Source of the DNA: an uncultured Vicinamibacteraceae bacterium
Lineage (GTDB): Bacteria > Acidobacteriota > Vicinamibacteria > Vicinamibacterales > UBA8438
Direction of reading: 5' to 3'
Length of the DNA: 64,000 bases
Assembly: GCA_964507425.1 (NCBI GenBank)
Contig: CAZDQD010000071.1
Span: 36,016 to 100,015, forward strand
The position numbers were made by a program, and so were the translations under genes. The notes beneath the pieces were generated by a model. That model saw only the letters and a program-made list of their open reading frames with translations. It was not told the origin of the DNA and did not search any database. Each line of letters opens with the position of its first letter. The first letter of the stretch is position 1. This document shows positions 1 to 8,213 of this stretch, in pieces.

Positions 1-706
1 GGCCATCTACATCAAGTTGGTCTAGTACTCGCGACAGCGTGGCGATTCCTACTGGGTCGTTGGACGAGCCGGACGACGCAACTGTGAACAACGAAAAGAA
101 TTTATATTCGCTCGAATTAGCCGGCCCGCCACAACCGAAAGCGACGGTGCACGGATAATCCCAATCCTTAAATCGGTTTCGCCAGTCTGCATCAGCCCCA
201 GCATCATCCCAGGCACCGAGAATGCCAGGTTGCACTGGCCATCGACCACCGCTCCGTATGGACTCGCCTAGATGGGCTGCCACTTCTGACAACACGTGCA
301 AAATAGGTCCAGAACGACTCGCGTAGTAGCCTGCGCGCCGCAAGCTCTCCGCAACCACCGTAACACCAGGCAGAGGTGGATGCGTGTAAGACCCGGCCGC
401 GACATCCAGCCCCAATTTATCAGCGTCAACACCCGTCAAGAGGGTCGACTGCAGCAAACCCACGTCGTTGGTCGGAAGCGACAGTACTGCTGTTTCAACC
501 GAACCCGAACCGCTCCGAAGAACGTCGTCGATTTTGGAATCGTACGAGTCGGCAACGACCCACACAACGTTGGGCTGCCGAACCTCTGTTTCCGATAAAT
601 CAATAGCAACTACCGCCGGTTCTTCTGCGCAAGCGGACACGCTCAACAACAGCACATTCAAGAAAAACCAGCCGCCCGCCCTTTTGAAAGAAAGCGCCAT
701 GAACAT
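1..706 (-). CDS. Sulfatase/alkaline-phosphatase-fold lipoprotein, runs off the left edge; canonical catalytic motif absent
   Basis: Not in the ORF track. Manual translation from ATG 706 (or 700) is open to base 1: MFMALSFKRAGGWFFLNVLLLSVSAC (lipobox) ... RQPNVVWVVAD ... STLLTG ... PLPGVTVVAESLRRAGYYA, which are sulfatase N-terminal landmarks. Confidence 0.7.
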   Translation of the reverse strand, partial: MFMALSFKRAGGWFFLNVLLLSVSACAEEPAVVAIDLSETEVRQPNVVWVVADSYDSKIDDVLRSGSGSVETAVLSLPTNDVGLLQSTLLTGVDADKLGLDVAAGSYTHPPLPGVTVVAESLRRAGYYASRSGPILHVLSEVAAHLGESIRSGGRWPVQPGILGAWDDAGADADWRNRFKDWDYPCTVAFGCGGPANSSEYKFFSLFTVASSGSSNDPVGIATLSRVLDQLDVDG

Positions 707-823
707 GAAATCATAACGCCAGGCGGCGAATCACGCCCGACGACGATTTCACCCGAGAGATAGCTGGCTGATATGATTCCAGTGAACGTGGCTTATCGCC
801 CAGAAAAAAATCGGAGTATCACG

Positions 824-1618
824 ATGAAGAACTTGTTGGTCGCCGTTGTCTCGGCGGTCGTACTCTCCACGGGGACCGTATCGGCGCAAACCGGTGAAGC
901 GCCACGCGCCTGGGACGGTCATCCAGACCTTAACGGTATCTGGCAGGCGATGGGCACCGCACACTGGGACCTTGAGCCTCATCCAGCCGGACCTGGCCAT
1001 CCAGACTTAGGAGCCATCGGCGCGACTCCGCCTGGACAAGGCGTGGTCGAGGGCGGATCGATCCCATATCGGCCGGAAGCCCTGCAACAAAAGCAAGATA
1101 ATTTTGAGAACCGGATGGCCAATGACCCCGAGGCAAAATGCTTCATGCCCGGTGTGCCTCGCGCGACCTATTTACCCTATCCATTTCAGATAATCCAGGG
1201 CGACAAGAAAATTCAAGTCGTCTACGGCTTCGCGGAAGCAAGTCGCACCATCCACATGGATAAGGACAACCCCGAACCGCCACCCATCGACAGCTGGATG
1301 GGTCGATCACACGGTCGCTGGGACGGTGATACCCTCGTTGTCGACGCACAGGGATTCACAGGAGAAGCCTGGTTTGACCGCGCCGGCAACTTTGCCAGCG
1401 CCGCACTGCGTGTTGAAGAGAGATACACACCAATGGGACGAAACGCGATCATGTACGAGGCAACGCTCACCGATGACACGGTGTTCACGCGCCCATGGAC
1501 GATCCGTATGCCACTCTATCGTCGCCTTGAAGACAACGCTCGCGTCCTTGAGTTTAAATGCGTCGAATATTCCGAGGATTTGCTGTACGGTCATTTGCGA
1601 AGGGTTCCTACTCGATAA
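824..1618 (+). CDS. Secreted conserved hypothetical protein (PDLxGxW / GxWxGDTLVV / ExxCxE family), paralogue 1
   Basis: ORF 773..1618; start moved to ATG 824 (GGAG at 813-816; signal peptide MKNLLVAVVSAVVLSTGTVSA). Motifs shared with 1632..3407 and 3922..4920. Confidence 0.85.
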   Translation: MKNLLVAVVSAVVLSTGTVSAQTGEAPRAWDGHPDLNGIWQAMGTAHWDLEPHPAGPGHPDLGAIGATPPGQGVVEGGSIPYRPEALQQKQDNFENRMANDPEAKCFMPGVPRATYLPYPFQIIQGDKKIQVVYGFAEASRTIHMDKDNPEPPPIDSWMGRSHGRWDGDTLVVDAQGFTGEAWFDRAGNFASAALRVEERYTPMGRNAIMYEATLTDDTVFTRPWTIRMPLYRRLEDNARVLEFKCVEYSEDLLYGHLRRVPTR

Positions 1619-1631
1619 AGGAATGAGTTAA

Positions 1632-3407
1632 ATGAGGAAATACACCATGACGACAACTTTGCCACGCGTTACTTTGGTGCTACCAATCGTCGCAGCGTTA
1701 CTGGTTGCAATGCCGGCGACGTCGGCCAATGCCGCTGAGGCGGAATACCACCACGTCCACATAACGTCATTTGCTCCGGCGGTGTCGGTTCGTTGGTACG
1801 AGGAACACCTCGATTGCCAACCGATTGCAGACCGAGACGATGCTGCGGACTGTCACGGTGTTGAAGTGACCTTCGTTCCACAGGCAACACAAGGAAGCAC
1901 ACAAGGCACCGGTGTGAATCACATCAGCTTCTCGTATCCAGACCTCACCGCAAAAATGGAAGAACTTGAATCCGTTGGGTCGCGTGGGTCCGGCGTGCGA
2001 CTTCAGCGGTTTGAAGGCGGTGAGATGGTCCGGGAAGCACCAGGGCTTTTCAAGTACGCGTTCATTTTTGATCCCTGGGGCACGCGGATCGAGCTAGTTG
2101 AAGATTCTGACTACCTCGGCTTCCACCACATTCACCTTAGTTCAACGGACCCTGACGAAACACTCGCGTGGTACCAGAGCGTGCTCGGTGGCGAGCGTGA
2201 CAGTCTACGTGGTCAGCTTGACGGGTTGAGATACGGCGACGTCTGGCTACTGGCCATGGAGCATGAAGAAGGCATACCGGCAACAACCGAAGGTCGTGCA
2301 ATCGACCATATCGGGTTTGTCGTTGATGACCTTGGGAATGCGGCGAACGAGATGCGTAGCGCTGGTGCCGAATTTCAACAGGACCCGACGGTTCCTGAAA
2401 ATGCACGAACATCGGCACAACGTGCATTTCTCTATGGCCCTGACAATGTACGGCTCGCTGTTGTCGAATCTGGTTTTGCCGGTGTTGACTCAAACTTCGT
2501 CGCGGAAAACACCGCAGACTCAACACCCTATGATGCGGCGCAAACACCTTGGGGCGAACCGGACCTGCAAGGTGTGTGGACGGGTAATCCTGCGCACGGT
2601 ATTCCGCTCGAACGTCCGCTAGATCTCGCGGACGTTGAAAACCTAACGGCCGAAGAAGCAGCTGGCCGTCGTGAAGGTGGCACGCTCGGCAGTATTTGGG
2701 GCTATGAGCGTGAATGGAGAGACACCACGTTGGGCTATGACAAAAACGCCCCCTCTACCCAAGTAGCCATGATCATCGACCCACCAAACGGGCGCCTTCC
2801 TGAGCGAACACCCGACGGGCAGCGCATGGCGGACGAGGCGAGTCGTGCCGCAGCGTTGTACACAGAGAACCGCTCTGCTGGCCCTGAAGATCTCACGCCG
2901 TATGTGCGGTGCATCACCCGAGGGTTACCCGGTCTCATGATGCCATCCATTTACAACAACGGCCTGCAGATTGTTCAAGGCCCTGGATTCGTGGCAATTC
3001 AAAAAGAAATGATTCATGAAACACGGGTCATTCCAACGGAAGACCGGACCCCACTTGACTCAAACCTCAAGACCTACCTCGGGGATCCACAGGGACACTG
3101 GGAAGGGAATACGCTTGTCGTCGAAACAAATAATTTCAACGGTAAAACGAACTATCGAGGATCAAGCGCGGATATGAAGTTGACTGAGCGATTTACACGT
3201 ACGGCAGAAAATAGGCTGGAGTACCAATTCACAGTTAATGACCCAACGGTGTGGACACAACCCTGGACTGGCGTCTTCACTTTCAATCTTGATAACGAGC
3301 AATACGACGTCGTCGAATACGCCTGCCACGAAGGCAACTACGGAATGTTCAATATCCTTAGTGGCGCGCGTGCACTCGACAAAGAACGGGCCGAAGGCTC
3401 ACGATAG
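1632..3407 (+). CDS. Secreted fusion: two VOC/glyoxalase domains plus the same hypothetical domain (paralogue 2)
   Basis: Signal peptide; VOC motifs YHHVH..NHISF..DPWGTRIELVE and FHHIH..DHIGF..GPDNVRLAVVE; C-terminal half PDLQGVW..GHWEGNTLVVET..EYACHEGN. Confidence 0.85.
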   Translation: MRKYTMTTTLPRVTLVLPIVAALLVAMPATSANAAEAEYHHVHITSFAPAVSVRWYEEHLDCQPIADRDDAADCHGVEVTFVPQATQGSTQGTGVNHISFSYPDLTAKMEELESVGSRGSGVRLQRFEGGEMVREAPGLFKYAFIFDPWGTRIELVEDSDYLGFHHIHLSSTDPDETLAWYQSVLGGERDSLRGQLDGLRYGDVWLLAMEHEEGIPATTEGRAIDHIGFVVDDLGNAANEMRSAGAEFQQDPTVPENARTSAQRAFLYGPDNVRLAVVESGFAGVDSNFVAENTADSTPYDAAQTPWGEPDLQGVWTGNPAHGIPLERPLDLADVENLTAEEAAGRREGGTLGSIWGYEREWRDTTLGYDKNAPSTQVAMIIDPPNGRLPERTPDGQRMADEASRAAALYTENRSAGPEDLTPYVRCITRGLPGLMMPSIYNNGLQIVQGPGFVAIQKEMIHETRVIPTEDRTPLDSNLKTYLGDPQGHWEGNTLVVETNNFNGKTNYRGSSADMKLTERFTRTAENRLEYQFTVNDPTVWTQPWTGVFTFNLDNEQYDVVEYACHEGNYGMFNILSGARALDKERAEGSR

Positions 3408-3421
3408 CGAGGACAATACTA

Positions 3422-3856
3422 ATGAGTAAGAAACTAGCAATCACTTTGACCAGCGTGACATTACTTCTGCTGGTTGGCATAGCTCCGATGGTGGCGCATC
3501 ACGCGTTCTCCGCCGAGTTTGATGCCACAAAGCCAGTCGCACTTCGTGGAAAAATTACAAAAATGGAGTGGATCAATCCACACGCGTGGATGCATATCGA
3601 CGTCACCACTGAAGACGGCACGGTCCAAAGCTGGATGATCGAAGCCGGCCCCCCTGGAGCACTTGTCCGCCGCGGATGGAAAAAAGATTCGGTAATCCCA
3701 GGCACCGAGGTTTTGGTTGAGGGATATCAGGCCATCGACAATGCGTTCCGCGCCAACGGCCGCGATGTGACCTTCCCGGATGGCACGCGATTGTTTGCCG
3801 GGTCGTCAGGCACGGGCGCCCCACGTGACGGCAGTGACCCGACCGAACCTGAGTAA
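3422..3856 (+). CDS. DUF6152-family secreted protein
   Basis: Signal peptide then HHAFSAEFD...VALRGKITKMEWINPHAW...W.IE, the pattern I recognise for DUF6152; RBS GAGGA upstream. Confidence 0.8.
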   Translation: MSKKLAITLTSVTLLLLVGIAPMVAHHAFSAEFDATKPVALRGKITKMEWINPHAWMHIDVTTEDGTVQSWMIEAGPPGALVRRGWKKDSVIPGTEVLVEGYQAIDNAFRANGRDVTFPDGTRLFAGSSGTGAPRDGSDPTEPE

Positions 3857-3869
3857 AAACTAAAAACGC

Positions 3870-3908
3870 GGCGTGCCACTGGTTGATCGGATTGGCCAGT
3901 GGCGCGCC
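3870..3908. terminator. Long hairpin between convergent genes, probable bidirectional terminator
   Basis: GGCGTGCCACTGGTTGAT-CGG-ATTGGCCAGTGGCGCGCC, 18-bp stem including G:T pairs; A-rich run upstream and short T run downstream. Confidence 0.65.
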
Positions 3909-3921
3909 CAACCTTTTAGTT

Positions 3922-4920
3922 CTATCTGCCGTCCTCCAAACGCGCGGTCCGAAGCATACCGACAATCGACACATTCCCCTCATGGCAGGCGAACTCATAC
4001 AAATCCTGCTGCCGACGCGAAAGTGGCACCTTGGCTGACCATGGCGCTAACCACGTGGATGGGTCAGTAAAGGTCATCTCATAGGTGATCGAGTCTGGAC
4101 CGCTTCGCGTGAACCGCTCGACCAGATGTAACCCCTCGGTTGCGCCACGGTAGTAGCTATTCATCGAAAAGTTTCGCGTTTCAACAACCAACGAATCACC
4201 CTCCCAGTGTCCTCTGGAATCACCGTTCCACTGCCGAATGTTCCCAGCAACATGCGGACGTCCATCGAGGGGAATGATGCGAGCATCATGAAAAGCCTCA
4301 CTCAAAAACACAAAGTAATCTGGCGTCTGAACAATCTGATAGTACGTGTAGGGGCCGGCACCAAAGTTGCCTCCCAGTCGTGGAACACCAGTCGTTATAC
4401 ATCTATGAATGCTATTGAAGTCTTCTGGTCCCGTTTTAAACTGCCAGCCGTTAGCCACGGCCAGCTCCCGGCGCTGCGCTGCTGCGGTGTGTGCAGGCAG
4501 CCGACCGTTTGGAGGATCGACAACCAGTGATGTCTGCGATGTCACCACGACATCAACCATCCCGATGGAACTACTCGTTGACCAGGCTTCGTAGGTTTCG
4601 ACCTCTTCTAGAGCCGCCACAAACGCACCGCCCGGTGTCGTAAATGCACTTCGACCATTCTCAAAAATTTGATTCGCTCGAGTCTGTAACTCCGCCACCT
4701 CTTCGTCCGTTAGTTGCGACCGGCCGGCCAACGCCGCTGGACGTTCCATCGGAATCGCAGCATTATTCAGCCAAATTCCCTGAAAGTCAGGATGTCCGGC
4801 GTGGGTCCGTGGTGCCACCCAGTCACCATCCTGCGCAAGTGCATGCGGTGGTTCAATCAGACATCCCAAAAGTAAAGAGACAAACACGGAAACCACAACA
4901 CCAAAACGTCTGAGCTGCAT
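3922..4920 (-). CDS. Secreted conserved hypothetical protein, paralogue 3
   Basis: Signal peptide; PDFQGIW, DPPNGRLP, RCITTGVP, GDSRGHWEGDSLVVET, EFACHEGN; GGAG RBS upstream. Confidence 0.85.
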   Translation of the reverse strand: MQLRRFGVVVSVFVSLLLGCLIEPPHALAQDGDWVAPRTHAGHPDFQGIWLNNAAIPMERPAALAGRSQLTDEEVAELQTRANQIFENGRSAFTTPGGAFVAALEEVETYEAWSTSSSIGMVDVVVTSQTSLVVDPPNGRLPAHTAAAQRRELAVANGWQFKTGPEDFNSIHRCITTGVPRLGGNFGAGPYTYYQIVQTPDYFVFLSEAFHDARIIPLDGRPHVAGNIRQWNGDSRGHWEGDSLVVETRNFSMNSYYRGATEGLHLVERFTRSGPDSITYEMTFTDPSTWLAPWSAKVPLSRRQQDLYEFACHEGNVSIVGMLRTARLEDGR

Positions 4921-5064
4921 GGCGCATCTCCTTCTTTAGACGAACGTCGCATCTTCCCGTAACTTTATGAAAATCGCAACACATGCAATTTATGCTTTAT
5001 GATACGCGTTGTAGCTACAGCTTTGTTGCCGGCGGCGATCGTCGAGTTTGAAAGGGGCCAACTA

Positions 5065-6231
5065 ATGGCAAACGCAACCACGCGTCGAGATGTTCTCAAA
5101 GGTAGCCTCGCTATGGCGGGACTCAGTGTTGTTGGATTACCGGAGTGGGCGATCCCAGCACTCGCGCAGGGCGAAACACTGATGGAGTTCACGGACCTTC
5201 CGGACGAAATCAATCTAATCCGAGACGCTGAACGACGCATCATTGATGTCAGGCATATCGACGGACCGATTACGCCAACAGGGCAGTTTTTTACAACACA
5301 ACATTACGGTCATCCCGATGTCGACACCGCGACCTACCGTCTCCGTGTATCTGGGTTGGTCGACGATCCTCTGACACTCTCGGTTGCGGATTTGCGTGCC
5401 ATGCCCAGTCGCGAACTCGTTTTTGGATTTGAGTGCTCTGGCAATCGGGGGCCCCTGAACGGACTGTCGAGTAACGGACGTTGGACTGGAGTCCCGCTAC
5501 GTGCGGTACTTGAACGAGCCGGCATTCAAGATGATGCCCGTGAGTTCGTCTTTTTTGGCGCCGACCACGGTGAAGAAGAGGTGGAATTTAGAGGCAGGAC
5601 CTACAACGTCGACCAGCAATACGGTCGGAGCCTTGAACGCGATCAGGCGCTTTCGGATGAACCACTGTTAGCGTATGCCCTCAACGGAGAACCGCTGACC
5701 GCCCATCAAGGGCGACCACTCCGTTTGTTGGTACCCGGTTGGTATGGTGCTCCGAACGTTAAGTTCCTGTCGGAGATTCATGTGCAAAAAGATCAATACC
5801 TGGGCAAGTACCAAGCCCGCTGGTACCGAACGCTCAAAGGCGAAATGGTCAACGGTGAAATGAAGTGGAAAGAAACAGCCATCTCGACCATGCGCATCAA
5901 ATCGTTCATCGCAAGAGTAACGAGTACCGGAAGTGCACATAACATTTTCGGTGTCGTCATGCACGATGGAACGCCCTTGCAATCGGTTGAGGTCAAGATC
6001 GACAACGGGTCGTGGCAACCGGCTACGTTAGATCCGGGCACCATGCGAGAAAAATACGGTTGGAAATTTTTCAACTACACGTGGAATGGTGCTACACCTG
6101 GCGAGCACACGGTTACATCCCGCGCGACAGACGTCAACGGTGTTGTCCAACCAACGGCAGAGGAGCTCGAAGTTAAACAAACTTTTCTCGAGCAGAACAA
6201 CCAGCTTCCACGAACAGTAATGATCGCGTAA
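5065..6231 (+). CDS. Sulfite oxidase-family molybdopterin oxidoreductase, Tat-exported, with dimerisation domain
   Basis: Start moved to ATG 5065 (AAAGGGG upstream); Tat motif TRRDVLK; Mo-ligand ECSGN; WTGVPL; LNGEPL..HQG.PLRL.VPGWYG...VK; C-terminal SRATD..G..QP. Confidence 0.9.
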   Translation: MANATTRRDVLKGSLAMAGLSVVGLPEWAIPALAQGETLMEFTDLPDEINLIRDAERRIIDVRHIDGPITPTGQFFTTQHYGHPDVDTATYRLRVSGLVDDPLTLSVADLRAMPSRELVFGFECSGNRGPLNGLSSNGRWTGVPLRAVLERAGIQDDAREFVFFGADHGEEEVEFRGRTYNVDQQYGRSLERDQALSDEPLLAYALNGEPLTAHQGRPLRLLVPGWYGAPNVKFLSEIHVQKDQYLGKYQARWYRTLKGEMVNGEMKWKETAISTMRIKSFIARVTSTGSAHNIFGVVMHDGTPLQSVEVKIDNGSWQPATLDPGTMREKYGWKFFNYTWNGATPGEHTVTSRATDVNGVVQPTAEELEVKQTFLEQNNQLPRTVMIA

Positions 6232-6242
6232 GCCTCGTTGCT

Positions 6243-6286
6243 AAAAGCCGCCGTCCATGCATACAACGGCGTGGACGACGGTTTTT
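6243..6286. terminator. Bidirectional intrinsic terminator
   Basis: AAAAGCCGCCGTCCATGC-ATACAACG-GCGTGGACGACGGTTTTT between convergent stop codons. Confidence 0.75.
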
Positions 6287-8132
6287 ATTGCAACCGAAAC
6301 ACTCCTGCTTCAGTTACTTCCTCTGGCGTTCCCCATTCCGGCCTCCACCAAATCCGATCCGCGACTCCACCATCCGTGTCGTTGATACCGACATTAACCC
6401 GGAACGATTCCAGCCGCCCCTCAGCACGTTCGATAAGCGTATCAATCGGAATAGCCATTTCGACTGAATACCCCTGCTCCGTCTGCTGCGCGGCCGCCAG
6501 AATCTGCATCGGCGGAATATCACCTGCCAGCACACCACCATCTTCTCCAGGAACAACGGCTAATACGAACGGACTGTACGAATCCGCTCCTTTCCCCGTT
6601 CGCCGGTCATCCGCTGGGCGGCCGTCGAACTGCACGAGAACTGCGTCTTGTCGGGGAAAACCTCGACGACTCCTAACAACTAAACGGTCGTCGACAACAT
6701 CCACCGCCACATGAAGATACTTCGTACCCCGATCACGCGAAATGCGATAGCGAAAGGATCCGTCAACGGGTCCAAACCAGCCGCCAGTCGGCGCCTGAAC
6801 TTGCCCTGGTTCAACGTTCAGTAGGCCCAAATGGCCCCACTCGTCGGCGTCCAAAACACCATCGACACGAATACCCTCGGCAACAGGAAGCATCCGGGGC
6901 GTATCAATCACAATCCGATGTGCACCCTGGATCTGGAGGGGGTCCAGTTCACCCTCAAGGTCGTAGCGAACAGTCCAGTCAACTACGAGTGGTCGGAGAC
7001 CAGATACTGGCACGGCAGTCTTAGCTGAAATCGACAAATCTACTAGCTCGACCGAGTTGGGGCCGACTGTCGTCGCAAGCGTCGTCAAGGACGGCTCGAA
7101 AACATCCGTCTCGTTAACCTTAAGAGTCACCCGCATGGGCAAATCAGCATCATTCGTTAACCGAAGGACTGTCTTGGCGCCTTGAAACTGCTCGGTGTCT
7201 AGCACCACCCCATCGGACCGGACTGCGGCACCAGCCTGCACTGGCCGACGCAAGCTCCGGTGTCGACGCGTCATGACATGCGAGTCGTGAACACCATCAA
7301 GCGCCAAATTAGCCATCACCGGACCTTGGTCAGTCATCGTCACCCACATAAAGTGGTCAAATTCTCCAAACGCGGCACCCCGCCTTCGGCTTCGTGCTCC
7401 CATCGTCCCGAGTACGACGTATTGCGCACCATCACGCACGTCACTTAGATACCTATGTCGATGACCTGCAAACACCGTAAAACGTCGACCGTCCAGTAAC
7501 TGCTCAATCTCAGACCACCCGTTCTGCTCCGGTTCAAACTCCCACAGTGGTTTATGAACAAATACTAGTGTCCATCGAACATCTGGATAACGGTCGACGA
7601 CCTTCTGAATGTAGCTCTGCTGTTCGCGTCCGATATTGCCACTTGAACCATCCTCACTATTAAGGATTAGAAAGAGCACATCGCGATACAAGAAATGGTA
7701 GAAGGCTTGCCCGAATCGACTCTCCCAAGCCTCCGTCATAAGTTCGTTACTCACGTCATGATTGCCGGCCACATAAAAAAATGGCATGGCTAATGGCTTG
7801 ATTAAATGCTCAAATTCAAGCCACTGTCTCGAAATTTCAGCAGTATCCGTGCTGTATCCTTCAATCAGGTCACCAACACTCATGACAAATTCTGGACGCA
7901 ACAAATTGACACGTTCAATCCCGCTTCGGAAAACCCCAGGCCGATGCCCTCCGGTACGGTCGGTCACAATGGCAAACTGAAAGTTTTCGGGGCGGTTTCC
8001 AAACTCAAGATGCGTCCAGGGAGAAGCGTCCATGTCTCGATCAACGACAAACGGCGAGTCCTGCGCCACAACGGCTGTGACAACGCCAACGACTAATGCA
8101 ACACCGAAAAAACAATGTTTAACACGAGACAT
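6285..8132 (-). CDS. Secreted calcineurin-like metallophosphoesterase with C-terminal CBM9/DOMON-like sugar-binding domain
   Basis: Signal peptide; motifs D(RTGG), GDLIEG, GNHD, HKP, GHRH; C-terminal VDGVLDADEW..LHVAVDVVDD..QDAV..FD..GYSVEMAIP. Confidence 0.8.
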   Translation of the reverse strand: MSRVKHCFFGVALVVGVVTAVVAQDSPFVVDRDMDASPWTHLEFGNRPENFQFAIVTDRTGGHRPGVFRSGIERVNLLRPEFVMSVGDLIEGYSTDTAEISRQWLEFEHLIKPLAMPFFYVAGNHDVSNELMTEAWESRFGQAFYHFLYRDVLFLILNSEDGSSGNIGREQQSYIQKVVDRYPDVRWTLVFVHKPLWEFEPEQNGWSEIEQLLDGRRFTVFAGHRHRYLSDVRDGAQYVVLGTMGARSRRRGAAFGEFDHFMWVTMTDQGPVMANLALDGVHDSHVMTRRHRSLRRPVQAGAAVRSDGVVLDTEQFQGAKTVLRLTNDADLPMRVTLKVNETDVFEPSLTTLATTVGPNSVELVDLSISAKTAVPVSGLRPLVVDWTVRYDLEGELDPLQIQGAHRIVIDTPRMLPVAEGIRVDGVLDADEWGHLGLLNVEPGQVQAPTGGWFGPVDGSFRYRISRDRGTKYLHVAVDVVDDRLVVRSRRGFPRQDAVLVQFDGRPADDRRTGKGADSYSPFVLAVVPGEDGGVLAGDIPPMQILAAAQQTEQGYSVEMAIPIDTLIERAEGRLESFRVNVGINDTDGGVADRIWWRPEWGTPEEVTEAGVFRLQ

Positions 8133-8213
8133 AAATAAGTTACCCGCGTTTCCGCCACGTAGTCAGTCAGCAACTAAGTAACAACGCCGCCGTTTTGAAC
8201 AGGCCACGGCTAA

